This document shows positions 10,085-20,026 of a stretch of 64,000 nucleotides of DNA, one piece after another (position 1 is the stretch's first letter; every line of letters begins with the position of its first letter). The translations under genes were made by a program, and so were the position numbers. The DNA is from Candidatus Wolfebacteria bacterium GW2011_GWB1_47_1 (GTDB taxonomy: Bacteria; Patescibacteriota; Minisyncoccia; UBA6257; UBA9933), in NCBI GenBank assembly GCA_001029635.1, contig CP011209.1:484970-548969 (forward strand), given 5' to 3'. The notes under the pieces are model-generated. The model was not told the DNA's origin. It saw only the letters and a list, made by a program, of their open reading frames with translations, and made no database searches.

Positions 10085-10207
10085 ATGATGGGATATTATG
10101 GTATGGGTAGTGGCATGTTCTTTTTTGGCTGGATCATTTATGTGTTGGTATTGATCTTGCTTGTGCTTGGGATTGTCGCTTTGTGGAAATATATCAACAA
10201 GAAGTAA
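10085..10207 (+). CDS. 40-aa single-TM peptide (MMGYYGMGSGMFFFGWIIYVLVLILLVLGIVALWKYINKK)
   Basis: Translated by hand (below the ORF-track cutoff). Met/Gly-rich N-terminus, TM helix, basic tail; followed by terminator GCAAAAACCGCCT...AGGCGGTTTTTGC. Confidence 0.7.
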   Translation: MMGYYGMGSGMFFFGWIIYVLVLILLVLGIVALWKYINKK

Positions 10208-11176
10208 TGTGCTTACAGTGCAAAAACCGCCTTTATACAGGCGGTTTTTGCATAGCAGTGGCAATTTCCTTCCAACGGTAAGGTTGACAACTTTGTATAT
10301 ATATGTTATATATATTATAGAAACTTTAACCACTATAAAGAGGAGGAGGCATTTATGCATGCGAATGGAACGCATTGGGCTCGATTTTTTTCGAAAAACT
10401 GTCGCAATGAAATGATGCGTGAGTGTCGAGACCTCGGCATTGAACCGAGCGCAATCCGCAGGAGTATTCTATTGAGAAATATGATAGGACGGTTATGTCA
10501 TATTGTATTTCAATCACATCCTGGTAACATCATTTTTAGCCTCAGATCAAAAGAGGCTGCGAATGAGGCTGTAAAAAATTCGATCGCAAGTTATCGGAAA
10601 AAAACCAAAGAAACCGGTGGAGATTTTTTTCGGATCAATGTCGATCGGATTGGTGCTTACGATCTTCGACGCGATCCAATCGGCAGCTTGCATAAGGTAT
10701 CTATGTTCTCTAATTTTTCAGAAATCGATGATACGTATTCTTATGCCGAGCTTCCTGTTCCCAATGAATGGGTATTACTCATGGGGATGGCTGCTCACGA
10801 AGTTCGTCATCGCATGCAGTTTGTGCTGGGCGTAGATCTTGTTGCTGTAGATGGAGCAGCCTACAAAGGTTTTACCGACGGGATGCTCTCGCATAGCGTC
10901 TGGCTCGAAGCGCTTAATACTAAGCTTGCGCTCGAACGAATATACTGTGATACGGTGGGATATCATCCTAGAGTGCGAGATTGGTATGCTTCTGATGTTG
11001 AGTTTGATGCCCGCGCCGTGGAATCGTACATGATGCATGCCTTGCATCGTTATCCGAATCTGGACAACGAGGCACTGCGAAGTATTATGTTCTTGCATCC
11101 GTTTAGATGATCACAGGGGTTAGCCCCTGTGTTTTTTTTGGCTGGATCATTTATGTGTTGGTATTGATCTTGCTTG
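10121..11176 (+). repeat. Exact 43-bp direct repeat pair (10121-10163 and 11134-11176)
   Basis: TTTTTTGGCTGGATCATTTATGTGTTGGTATTGATCTTGCTTG is present at both positions. Confidence 0.92.
10355..11110 (+). CDS. Hypothetical protein with an HExxH zinc-peptidase-like motif
   Basis: AAHEVRH and downstream EFDA; AGGAGGAGG SD, upstream TTGACA, downstream hairpin CACAGGGG-TTAG-CCCCTGTG. Confidence 0.65.
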   Translation: MHANGTHWARFFSKNCRNEMMRECRDLGIEPSAIRRSILLRNMIGRLCHIVFQSHPGNIIFSLRSKEAANEAVKNSIASYRKKTKETGGDFFRINVDRIGAYDLRRDPIGSLHKVSMFSNFSEIDDTYSYAELPVPNEWVLLMGMAAHEVRHRMQFVLGVDLVAVDGAAYKGFTDGMLSHSVWLEALNTKLALERIYCDTVGYHPRVRDWYASDVEFDARAVESYMMHALHRYPNLDNEALRSIMFLHPFR

Positions 11177-11324
11177 AATTAAAGGGGTCAGGTACCTTTA
11201 ATTTATCAGAAAATAAGCTTCCATTCGCAAGGCTTATTTTTATGGCTGGCGCTATGGGGCGATGTTGAAACCTTTTTAAACAAAAAAGCGACCAATGATG
11301 GCCGCCTCATGTAATGAAGAAAAG

Positions 11325-11795
11325 CTATAGTGCTGTTCCGTCGGGATTGAGGACTTCGTTGCGAAATGATTTCGGCGAGTGCTTTGGAGGGTCGGGTGTA
11401 AGTATTCCGCAACTTCGAGCGGATTTAAATGCAGTTTCACCTAACCACCAGCTGATAGTTGCCATCATAATGCAGATGATTGCTCCGAGCCAGACAGATT
11501 GCATCGGCCCAGGATCGAGGTTTGCCGCCAACGTAAGAACGATGGCAATAGCACCACTTACCATTTGCCCAGTCTGTTCAAAGTCAATATCATTCTTGGC
11601 TTGCCAAGAAGGATTTGCTTTGAGCAGGTAGTTACTTAGCGTTCTTTTGCTATAGAGCAGGTAGACGATCAGTAGGATGCTCGCGGGGATCTTGGCAAAG
11701 ATGCCGAGCCAAGGAAGGAGCAATAAAAAGACGATTGCTACCGTGAAACTCCACCCAGAGACGTGGTACAGATCTTCGAAGTAAACCTCTTTCAT
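11325..11795 (-). CDS. Hypothetical membrane protein (~4 TM)
   Basis: 156-aa ORF with hydrophobic segments; AAGAGGG SD-like site upstream. Confidence 0.6.
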   Translation of the reverse strand: MKEVYFEDLYHVSGWSFTVAIVFLLLLPWLGIFAKIPASILLIVYLLYSKRTLSNYLLKANPSWQAKNDIDFEQTGQMVSGAIAIVLTLAANLDPGPMQSVWLGAIICIMMATISWWLGETAFKSARSCGILTPDPPKHSPKSFRNEVLNPDGTAL

Positions 11796-11945
11796 AAAAG
11801 CCCTCTTATCTAATGTATTTAGTTTCTAATAAATCTGAATATACAATGCATTCTTTAGAAGCATTTGTAAAGGTTTGCTGGCAGTCATGGATTCGGACCC
11901 CGAGTGTTTTAAGGAATAGGCTGAATAGGGTATACTAAAGGCATT

Positions 11946-14123
11946 ATGATCCATGACCTATTAAGAGATCCCGTGATCGAATATACCTGTCCGATGCACG
12001 CCGATATCACCGCAGAGAATCCGGGCAATTGTCCTAAATGTGGCATGGCGCTGGTACTACGAGGGGTGATCGAACATGAGCTCCCGGGTGAACATGCGCC
12101 GATTCATGATAAACATGCCGGGCATACGGCAAGCTCGTTTTTGCGCAAATTTTGGATTGCGCTTGCACTAAGTATTCCCATTGTATTGTATTCTGAATTA
12201 CCCGGGGTACTGATCGGTAAGCGTATGCCGGCATTCCCGGGAATGCAATTTCTTGCGCCGATCCTTGGATCGATCGTTTTCTTTTATGCGGGGTGGATCT
12301 TCCTTGTCAGTGCTGTTCGCGAGATCCGCGCCAAGTTGCCCGGCATGATGACACTCATCTCTCTCGCGATTACTACTGCATATACGTATAGCATGTATGT
12401 GTTTGCTATGGGTGAAGAACATACGTTGTTTTGGGAGCTTTCGACCCTTGTTTCAATTATGCTTCTTGGTCATTACGTTGAAATGCGTTCTACCGATACG
12501 GCGAGTCGCGCTATGCAGGAGCTTGCCGTGTTACTCCCGGATGTTGCGGAAGTTGTTGTCGGTAAGGAAACCAAGACGGTTTCTCTTAATGAGTTAGTCG
12601 TCAATGATGTGTTCGTTGTAAAGCCGGGCGGAAAGGTGCCCGCTGATGGTGTGGTTATCGAAGGAGAATCTCTGGTCAATGAGTCAATGATCACGGGGGA
12701 ATCCACCCCTGTACAAAAACGCTTAGATAGCCAGATGGTTGCCGGAACAATCAACGGAGATGGCCGTTTAATTGTGCGGGTTACTCGTATCGGCTCTGAT
12801 ACATTTTTGGCAGGAGTTATGCGACTTGTCGCGGGAGCGCAAGCGTCAAAGTCTCGCATGCAGATCCTTGCGGACAAAGCAGCATCCTATCTGACCGGCA
12901 TTGCTATTTTTTCAGCGCTCACTACCGCAGTTGTCTGGGCGGTGGTATTTGATGCTTCGGCTTCGTTTACGCTGGGTCGTGTGGTTGCCGTTTTGGTGGT
13001 GGCGTGTCCGCATGCGTTGGGGCTTGCCGTTCCGCTTGTGGTTGCCATATCGACATCGCTTGCTTCGCGTAATGGATTATTTATTAAGGATCGCCTTGCG
13101 CTTGAGGCTGCCCGTACCATTGATATGGTCCTATTCGATAAAACGGGAACATTGACTACGGGTGAATATGGTATTTATAAAATTATTCCGTTTGAGCGAG
13201 AGATCGTAGAAGGTGATGACGGCGGTGTCGTGGAATCCCAGGTAGAAGAAAATATCTTGCGGCTCGCGGCTTCGATTGATACTGCCTCCGAGCATCCTGT
13301 TTCTCGTGCCATCGTATCAGAGGCGCGGCGACGAGAGATTGAATTGTTCCCGGTGACCGGATTCGAGCGGTTACCCGGTAAGGGGGTAAAGGGGACTGTG
13401 CGTGGGCTACATGTCCAGGTTGGCGGAGAATCTTTGATCGGCGCGAAGGTTATTGAGCAAACGCCACAGGTCATACGACAAGAAGTTGCCCTATTGGCAG
13501 GTAAGGGGCAAACCATCGTGTATGTGTTTGTCGATCATGCTCCGATCGGCGTCATTGCGCTTGCCGATACCATTCGTCCGGAATCGAAGGAGGCTATTAT
13601 CGCGTTGAAACGCCTTGGTATTAAGCCGGTTATGATGACCGGGGATTCCGAGGAAGTTGCCGAGTGGGTCGCCCAGGATCTTGGCATTGCCGATTATTTC
13701 TTCCGAGTTTCTCCTCATGAGAAGGTGGAGCGGGTTAAGGAATATCAAGACAAAGGCTTGCGTGTCGCCATGGTTGGTGATGGTATTAACGATGCGCCTG
13801 CCCTGATGCAGGCGAATGTTGGTATCGCGATTGGGGCCGGGACAAACGTCGCGATCGAATCAGCTGGTATTATTCTGGCCAAGAGTGATCCGCGTGATAT
13901 CGCCAAGATCTTTAAGCTGTCTCGATTGACGTATCGAAAAATGATCCAAAACCTGTATTGGGCAACGGGATATAACGTCCTTGCCATTCCGCTTGCCGGA
14001 GGGATCCTGTATTCCCAAGGTATCGTACTTTCTCCGGCTGTGTCTGCCGTGCTGATGTCTTTGAGTACGGTGATCGTTGCGGCAAACGCATTATTACTGC
14101 GCCGCAATCATGGACTACTTTGA
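11946..14123 (+). CDS. copB: Copper-translocating P1B-type ATPase (CopB-like, CPH motif)
   Basis: YTCPMH...CPKCGM metal-binding domain, TGES, ACPHALG, DKTGTLT, SEHP, GDGINDAP, YN and MSLST. Confidence 0.92.
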   Translation: MIHDLLRDPVIEYTCPMHADITAENPGNCPKCGMALVLRGVIEHELPGEHAPIHDKHAGHTASSFLRKFWIALALSIPIVLYSELPGVLIGKRMPAFPGMQFLAPILGSIVFFYAGWIFLVSAVREIRAKLPGMMTLISLAITTAYTYSMYVFAMGEEHTLFWELSTLVSIMLLGHYVEMRSTDTASRAMQELAVLLPDVAEVVVGKETKTVSLNELVVNDVFVVKPGGKVPADGVVIEGESLVNESMITGESTPVQKRLDSQMVAGTINGDGRLIVRVTRIGSDTFLAGVMRLVAGAQASKSRMQILADKAASYLTGIAIFSALTTAVVWAVVFDASASFTLGRVVAVLVVACPHALGLAVPLVVAISTSLASRNGLFIKDRLALEAARTIDMVLFDKTGTLTTGEYGIYKIIPFEREIVEGDDGGVVESQVEENILRLAASIDTASEHPVSRAIVSEARRREIELFPVTGFERLPGKGVKGTVRGLHVQVGGESLIGAKVIEQTPQVIRQEVALLAGKGQTIVYVFVDHAPIGVIALADTIRPESKEAIIALKRLGIKPVMMTGDSEEVAEWVAQDLGIADYFFRVSPHEKVERVKEYQDKGLRVAMVGDGINDAPALMQANVGIAIGAGTNVAIESAGIILAKSDPRDIAKIFKLSRLTYRKMIQNLYWATGYNVLAIPLAGGILYSQGIVLSPAVSAVLMSLSTVIVAANALLLRRNHGLL

Positions 14124-14173
14124 TTTTTAAAAGCCACTTTTACAAAAGTGGCTTTTTGTATAATAATACAGGT

Positions 14174-15445
14174 ATGCATATTTTGGATGAATTAAAGGAA
14201 CGGGGGCTGATCTATCAGATTTCAAATGAAGAGGAGCTCAGGGCGCTTATAGACCGCAAAGACGGGTCCTTTTATATCGGGTTTGATCCGACCGCGTCTA
14301 GTCTGCATGTTGGCGGGTTACTGGGGATCGTTTTCGCTAAGCGCCTTGAAAATGCCGGCATGAAGCCGGTCATGCTCGTAGGGGGTGCAACGGGACGCAT
14401 TGGTGATCCGAGCGGCCGATCACAGGAGCGCGTACTGAATACAACTGATGTTGTCGAATCAATGACCGCGGGGCTTGAAAAGCAGATCAGTCAGTTTCAT
14501 TTCAAGCATGCGACTTATGTAAACAATTATGACTGGCTTGGTATGATGCCGCTTGTTGATTTTTTGCGTGATGCCGGAAAGTATTTTACGGTCAATGAAA
14601 TGCTTGCCAAGGAGTCGGTAAAGACGCGCATGGAAGACGGTATATCGTTCACCGAGTTTAGCTATCAGTTATTGCAGGCATATGATTTTTTAAAACTGTA
14701 TGAATCGCGTGGCGTTGAATTGCAATTGGGTGGTTCCGACCAGTGGGGGAATATTACTGCGGGCATTGAACTGGTAAGGAAGGTCAAGCACGTTGAAGTA
14801 ATTGGGCTGACTCATCCGCTTGTTACTCGTGCCGATGGAAAGAAGATGGGCAAGAGCGAGAGTGGGGCGGTTTGGCTTGATGCGACCATGACATCGCCGT
14901 ATCACTTGTATCAGTTTTGGCTGAATGTGGATGATTTGGACGTGGTCAAATTCTTGAAGTATTATACGTTTCTAACACTTACAGAGATCGCCGAGCTGGA
15001 GCAGTTTCTCCAAGAGGAGCCTGAAAAACGTGCGGCTCATAGGGCGCTCGCCGATGAGGTGACCGAGTTTGTGCATGGTAAGGACGCACTGGAACAGGCT
15101 CAGAAAATTTCTGAAGCACTTTTTGGCGGCGATATTTCCGGGATCATCGGGGAGAAAAAGAAGTGTGAGGCGTTGTTTGTCGGCAACCCGGCTGTGCAGC
15201 GGGTCGGCGATGAAGCGGTTGTCGGAGTTGGTATTGCGGATTTTCTTACCTCTCTGGCATGGAAGTCTCCATTATCTAAGCGACAGGCGCGTGAGGATGT
15301 GGAAGCCGGGGCGATCGAGTTGAATGGCAAGAAGATTGAATCATCTGAGCATATATTGATCGAAAGTGACATTTTGTTCGACCGATATATTATCGTGAAG
15401 CGAGGGAAGAAAAATTATCATTTTGTCGAAGTAATTGCCGAATGA
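14174..15445 (+). CDS. tyrS: Tyrosine--tRNA ligase
   Basis: YIGFDPTASSLHVGG, GDPSGR, YQLLQAYDF, QLGGSDQWGNI, KMGKS, C-terminal S4-like domain. Confidence 0.98.
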   Translation: MHILDELKERGLIYQISNEEELRALIDRKDGSFYIGFDPTASSLHVGGLLGIVFAKRLENAGMKPVMLVGGATGRIGDPSGRSQERVLNTTDVVESMTAGLEKQISQFHFKHATYVNNYDWLGMMPLVDFLRDAGKYFTVNEMLAKESVKTRMEDGISFTEFSYQLLQAYDFLKLYESRGVELQLGGSDQWGNITAGIELVRKVKHVEVIGLTHPLVTRADGKKMGKSESGAVWLDATMTSPYHLYQFWLNVDDLDVVKFLKYYTFLTLTEIAELEQFLQEEPEKRAAHRALADEVTEFVHGKDALEQAQKISEALFGGDISGIIGEKKKCEALFVGNPAVQRVGDEAVVGVGIADFLTSLAWKSPLSKRQAREDVEAGAIELNGKKIESSEHILIESDILFDRYIIVKRGKKNYHFVEVIAE

Positions 15446-15524
15446 TACAAAAGACCGCCTACGGGCGGTTTTTGGGTTTGGTTGATTTTTCCTTGATTAT
15501 CCCTATAATAAAAAGGCTAAATCA

Positions 15525-15595
15525 GGGCCTGTAGTCTAGTGGTAGAACACGGCATTCGCATTGCTGAGACGCGAGTTCGATTCTCGCCAGGTCCA
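15525..15595 (+). tRNA. tRNA-Ala(CGC)
   Basis: GGGCCTG/CAGGTCC acceptor stem with G3:U70; anticodon loop TTCGCAT; GTTCGATT T-loop; CCA not encoded. Confidence 0.95.
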
Positions 15596-15878
15596 CCCCC
15601 TCCGGTTAGAAATCTCGCAAGATGAGATTGTAAAATGGTGCCTTATAATAGGGCTTTCACGGACGCCGCCTTGCATGTGGCTATCTACTTGCATCACGTT
15701 GCTCTAGTCATCGCAAGTATCCTGTTCACCTATGCCGGAAGAATTTTACCAAAGGATGCCGCGAATTATATCGAGGTATCGAGGTGAAGCAAACAAAAAA
15801 CAAAAACACCCGCGCCGGGTGTTTTTGTTTTTGGTGCGATTTTCGCTATAATGAATGTATTAGTTATATTCTATCTAC

Positions 15879-17597
15879 ATGGTCAATCAGGCACTTATTG
15901 ATGTGGTAAAAAATCAGCTTGCCGGCGGTATCGGTGAGCAAGAGATCCGGGAATTTCTTCGGCGACGAGGAACGAGTGACGATGAGGTTCAGGAAATATT
16001 TAAAGCACTCTCAGTACGTGTTCCTACGCTGAGTGAAATACCGGTTACCGAATCGGTTCCTGCCCTTCCAGAGCAATCATTGCCCGTTCCTGCTGCTCCA
16101 GAGATATCCGTTGCCCACGGTATCGAGCGAGAAATTCCGCCTTTACAGCCCAGTGCGCCGTTTGAGCCCCTTTCTTTGGAACCGGCTCCTGTACGGGAGG
16201 ATACTTCCTCGGGCATTGTGCTCCCTCCTGTGCTGAGTCGTGGGAAGCGGATCATACGCATCGGTTCCATTATCGCCTCCGTAGTCCTTGTTCTCGTAGG
16301 TGGGGCATATGCGTATACCGTTTATTTTGCATCACCAGAACAGATATTAGATCGGATGATCCTGCAAGTTCGAGACGTACGGGCTATGGCATTCGCTACC
16401 GAGATCAATGTGACGGCCAGTGGAGGGTCGTTGTTTGCAACGGCGGCATCTTCCACAAACCCTTTTGCGGGAATGCTTATGGGTCAGGAACAGCCGACGA
16501 AGTTGACTGTAACTTCCTCAGGTGCCTTTGATTTTCGCGATGAGGTGAGTCCGAAGGTTTCCATCTTATTCGAGGCCGATACGGATAAGTGGCCGTTGGG
16601 TGATTTTGCACTTGGAGCAGAATATCGGAATTTGGACAGAAAGAACTATGTCAAGGTCAACAACATTCCCGATCTTGGTTTTTTTAGCCTGAGCTTTTTA
16701 AAGAATAAATGGTTCGTCATCGAAGACAAAGAAGCAAAGACCCAATTAGGCGCTTCAACGGGGAGTTCTGAGACGGTCATCCCGGATATCACGCAGGAGC
16801 AACGGAATCAGTTGGCTGATGCGTGGGGTGATCATCGGTTCTTGACCGTCAACAAGCGTCTTTCGCCAGAGGAGATTGATGGTGTTGCCATGCATCATTT
16901 TTCGCTTGCTTTTGATAAGGAAAAATTTAAGGAATGGATTATTGTGACGGATGCGATCATGCAGAATGAGCCAACTGACGTAAGCGAGATGGATGAAACA
17001 CTTTCGTTTTTGAATGTTGATGCCATGGAGACATGGATTGGTAAGCGAGATTCGCTTCCGTATAAATACACAGCCCAGATCTCGCTTCGTGATAAGGTTG
17101 ACGCGAGTAGGATGACGACTATGAACATAGTCTTGACGGGAAAGAATTTTGGCAAGAATCAGGAGATTATAGCTCCTGATGGGGCGCAGTCATTTGAGGA
17201 AGTACTACAGGGTATTTTTGGACAGATGCTTGGGGCTGGCGCTCCGACGTCCGTACCGGCAACGCCACAGGCTCGTAATGATCAGCGAAGAAAGGATGTA
17301 ACGTTGATCGCCGACGCGATTAAAAAGAACGTCTCCGATAATGGCGGAACGTTTATGTGCGCTACCGGTCCGTTGCCTCAGAAGGCTACATTTCTCGGTG
17401 CAGCAGGATTTGGCATGAGCGGGTATGCCATTGAGTCTTGCCTCGTGCCTAAATACTTGCCGGCAATGCCAAAGGATCCTACTAAGGGTGGACTTGGTAT
17501 GAGTGGATATTCCGCATATTATGATTCAGTAACTAAGCGCATCACCGTGCGGGCACCGTATGCGGAAGAGGGATCTAAAATCACAATCACCAAGTAA
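15879..17597 (+). CDS. Single-TM surface protein with a Pro-rich linker and C-terminal pilin/T2SS-G-like domain
   Basis: TM near aa 128-150; C-terminal ARNDQRRKDV..IADAI...KYLPAMPKDP resembles pseudopilin globular domains. Confidence 0.6.
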   Translation: MVNQALIDVVKNQLAGGIGEQEIREFLRRRGTSDDEVQEIFKALSVRVPTLSEIPVTESVPALPEQSLPVPAAPEISVAHGIEREIPPLQPSAPFEPLSLEPAPVREDTSSGIVLPPVLSRGKRIIRIGSIIASVVLVLVGGAYAYTVYFASPEQILDRMILQVRDVRAMAFATEINVTASGGSLFATAASSTNPFAGMLMGQEQPTKLTVTSSGAFDFRDEVSPKVSILFEADTDKWPLGDFALGAEYRNLDRKNYVKVNNIPDLGFFSLSFLKNKWFVIEDKEAKTQLGASTGSSETVIPDITQEQRNQLADAWGDHRFLTVNKRLSPEEIDGVAMHHFSLAFDKEKFKEWIIVTDAIMQNEPTDVSEMDETLSFLNVDAMETWIGKRDSLPYKYTAQISLRDKVDASRMTTMNIVLTGKNFGKNQEIIAPDGAQSFEEVLQGIFGQMLGAGAPTSVPATPQARNDQRRKDVTLIADAIKKNVSDNGGTFMCATGPLPQKATFLGAAGFGMSGYAIESCLVPKYLPAMPKDPTKGGLGMSGYSAYYDSVTKRITVRAPYAEEGSKITITK

Positions 17598-17718
17598 AAC
17601 GCATTAATTTTGTGAACTACTTTGTTGCGGGTCCCTGTTAATTCGGTCGGAGTACCGCTGTACGCCTTCCTCATTAACTTTCCCGCGTCGCGTATTTCAT
17701 TAAAATTCACGCGTTTTA
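17595..17718 (+). repeat. Structured ~120-bp repeat, copy A (candidate ncRNA/MITE)
   Basis: Long interrupted hairpin with GTTGCGGGTCCC...TTCGGTCG..GTAC..GTAC..CTTCCTC...TTCCCGCG...TTCAT; homologous to copies B-D. Confidence 0.85.
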
Positions 17719-17752
17719 TACTTATTCAAGTAATTCAAGGAGTATAAGATCA

Positions 17753-18085
17753 ATGGACAAGCAAAAACTTATTACAATCGCAAAGGATCAGCTTAAAGGA
17801 GGTATCGGAGAAGATCAAGTTCGGGAATTGTTGACGTATCGGGGAGTTGAAGCGAACGATGTTGCTGAAATTATGCAGGAGGTTTTGCGTGCAGAAACGC
17901 AGCCTGTTACAGCAGAGGCCGAAGATGTCGTCCAAAAAGCGGATATGGTAATTGCAGAACTTATCCCAGATGCGCCGACTCAGCCCGAATATATTAAAAA
18001 GGAGCGTAATATCCTCCTGTTATCCATCGCCGCATTATTCATCCTTTTGATTACGGGATCGGTCGTCTATTATTTTTATTTCTGA
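17753..18085 (+). CDS. Small tail-anchored membrane protein whose N-terminal domain is paralogous to 15879..17597
   Basis: MDKQKLITIAKDQLKGGIGEDQVRELLTYRG vs MVNQALIDVVKNQLAGGIGEQEIREFLRRRG; C-terminal TM. Confidence 0.7.
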   Translation: MDKQKLITIAKDQLKGGIGEDQVRELLTYRGVEANDVAEIMQEVLRAETQPVTAEAEDVVQKADMVIAELIPDAPTQPEYIKKERNILLLSIAALFILLITGSVVYYFYF

Positions 18086-18086
18086 T

Positions 18087-18662
18087 ATGGAGCGTCGCGT
18101 ATTTATCATACATGGATGGGGTGCCGCCCCCGAGCGGGAGTGGTTCCCGTGGCTACGCGAGCAGCTTGAACATCACAATCTTGATGTCATCATTCCCGCG
18201 ATGCCTCATACGGAGCACCCTGTGATCGAAGAATGGGTTGCGATGCTGCGTACCGTTGCGGGAGCGCTTCGTCCTACGGATATCTTTGTCGGACATAGCG
18301 TCGGGTGTCAGGCCATCATGCGTTTTTTTGAACAAGAGAATGTATCCTCCGTTGCTGGGTTTATTTGTGTTGCCGGATGGTTTACCTTGCGAGGTGTTGA
18401 AACGGGAGAGGAGTGGGCGATTGCCAAGCCGTGGCTTGATACGCCGATCGATCTTGCGATGGTTAAACGCACTGCTGGTTCGATTACCGCAATCTTTTCC
18501 GAATCTGATCCGTATGTTGATCTTGCTATTAATCGAGATATGTTCGAGCAGCAACTGGGTGCACGGATTATCATCGAACATGATAAGGGGCATTTTAGCG
18601 AGGATAATGGCATCTATGAATTGCCAATCGTTCGGGATACTATTTTAACACTGATACAGTAA
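18087..18662 (+). CDS. RBBP9/YdeN-family alpha/beta hydrolase
   Basis: IIHGW...WFPWL, VGHSVG nucleophile elbow, SESDPYV, GHF. Confidence 0.92.
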   Translation: MERRVFIIHGWGAAPEREWFPWLREQLEHHNLDVIIPAMPHTEHPVIEEWVAMLRTVAGALRPTDIFVGHSVGCQAIMRFFEQENVSSVAGFICVAGWFTLRGVETGEEWAIAKPWLDTPIDLAMVKRTAGSITAIFSESDPYVDLAINRDMFEQQLGARIIIEHDKGHFSEDNGIYELPIVRDTILTLIQ

Positions 18663-18667
18663 ACCAT

Positions 18668-19354
18668 ATGAACAAGCCATTACGATTTGGGCACCGGGGA
18701 GCATCCGGTTATTTCCCGGAAAACACACTCGCAGCTTTTCAAAAGGCTATTGATCTTGGAGTTGATATGGTCGAATTGGATGTGCATCGGTGTAAGACGG
18801 GGGAGATCGTCGTGATGCATGATGACACGGTCGATCGGACTACGAACGGGTATGGGCGTGTCGCCGATCTTGCTCTGGACGCATTGCGAATGCTCGATGC
18901 CGGGCAGGGGGAGCGGGTCGTTACGCTCGAGGAAGTCCTTGATATGCTCGATCATCGGGTTGGAGCCGTTGTCGAGTTGAAAGAAGCGGAAGTCATCGAA
19001 CCAACCGCGGAGATCATCAATCGGTACATTTCTGAAAAGGGCTGGGCAGTCGACCAATTCTCAGTGACCGCATTTGATCATTATCTGTTGCGAACGTTTC
19101 ATAAATTGTGTCCACGAGTACGCCTGGGTGCGATCTTGGCCGGCAACCCTATCGGCTATGCGGAATTCGGACAGCGTCTTGGGGCCGCTTCGGTTAATAT
19201 GGCTCACCCATTTTTGACCCAGGAATTCGTATATGATGCCCATGAGCGTGGATTACAGGTGTTTGCCTGGCCTGTAGACGAGCCGCGGGATATCGAACGC
19301 ATGAAATCGATAGGCGTGGATGGGATTTTTTCCAATTTTCCTGATAGAATCTAA
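18668..19354 (+). CDS. Glycerophosphodiester phosphodiesterase
   Basis: GHRGASGYFPENT, ELDVH, HDDTVDRTT, ELK, GVDGIFSNFP. Confidence 0.95.
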   Translation: MNKPLRFGHRGASGYFPENTLAAFQKAIDLGVDMVELDVHRCKTGEIVVMHDDTVDRTTNGYGRVADLALDALRMLDAGQGERVVTLEEVLDMLDHRVGAVVELKEAEVIEPTAEIINRYISEKGWAVDQFSVTAFDHYLLRTFHKLCPRVRLGAILAGNPIGYAEFGQRLGAASVNMAHPFLTQEFVYDAHERGLQVFAWPVDEPRDIERMKSIGVDGIFSNFPDRI

Positions 19355-19454
19355 GCCAGGTTTACCTTGTATTCGAAATTCGTCGCGTCCATCTATCTAC
19401 TGGCGGGCGAACGTAAAATATATCCGTTTTGCAGGGTGAATTCGTACTCTCGGG

Positions 19455-19483
19455 TTGACATTTTCTGGGTCTTCGGGTATCTT
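19455..19483 (+). promoter_or_regulatory. Sigma70 promoter of rplU (leaderless or near-leaderless)
   Basis: TTGACA-17 nt-TATCTT, then 8 nt to ATG 19492; no SD. Confidence 0.7.
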
Positions 19484-19491
19484 TAACTGAT

Positions 19492-19815
19492 ATGAAATTC
19501 GCAGTCATCGAAACAGGGGGAAAGCAATATAAGGTTTCCGCCGGACAAAAATTGAAGGTTGAGAAATTGGAAGTCGAGATCGGACAGCAGTTCGTCTTCG
19601 ACAAAGTGCTCCTCGTCGCCGATGAGCAGAAGGACAGCGCCGATGCGACCATCGGAGCTCCGTATGTCACTAACGCGAAGGTTGAGGCAACCGTGTTGAG
19701 CAAGGATCGCGACGACAAGAAGATCGTCTTCCGCTACCACAATAAGAACCGCTACCGAAAGTTTAAGACGCATAGGCAGCATTATACTGAGGTGGAAATT
19801 AACACCATTGGCTAA
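19492..19815 (+). CDS. rplU: 50S ribosomal protein L21
   Basis: FAVIETGGKQYKV, KVEKL, HRQHYT. Confidence 0.97.
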   Translation: MKFAVIETGGKQYKVSAGQKLKVEKLEVEIGQQFVFDKVLLVADEQKDSADATIGAPYVTNAKVEATVLSKDRDDKKIVFRYHNKNRYRKFKTHRQHYTEVEINTIG

Positions 19816-19941
19816 AATTCTTCGCCATTTTGCGAGCTGTTGTGTTGCGGGTCCCTGTTGGTTCGGTCGATGTACCAGTAAGTACATCCTCCTCCCCACC
19901 TTTCCCGCGCCTTACATCTCATCAAAATTGCAAACAATTTT
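19814..19941 (+). repeat. Structured ~120-bp repeat, copy B
   Basis: TGTGTTGCGGGTCCCTGTTGGTTCGGTCGATGTACCAGTAAGTACATCCTCCTC...TTTCCCGCGCCTT...TCATCAAAAT, directly after the rplU stop. Confidence 0.85.
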
Positions 19942-20026
19942 CCAGAAAGAATCGTCGGATAAAAACCGGCGATTTTTTGTCGGTTGAAAGAAAAATTATA
20001 GCGAAAACGTAGTATACTGTATCTAT

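Noticed and set aside
15635-15787. 50-codon ORF after tRNA-Ala
   Set aside because: No SD, promoter or motif recognised; it may be a gene fragment but is unsupported.
19362-19450. Possible L21 leader RNA
   Set aside because: The weak hairpin lies upstream of the TTGACA promoter, so it would not be in the rplU transcript.
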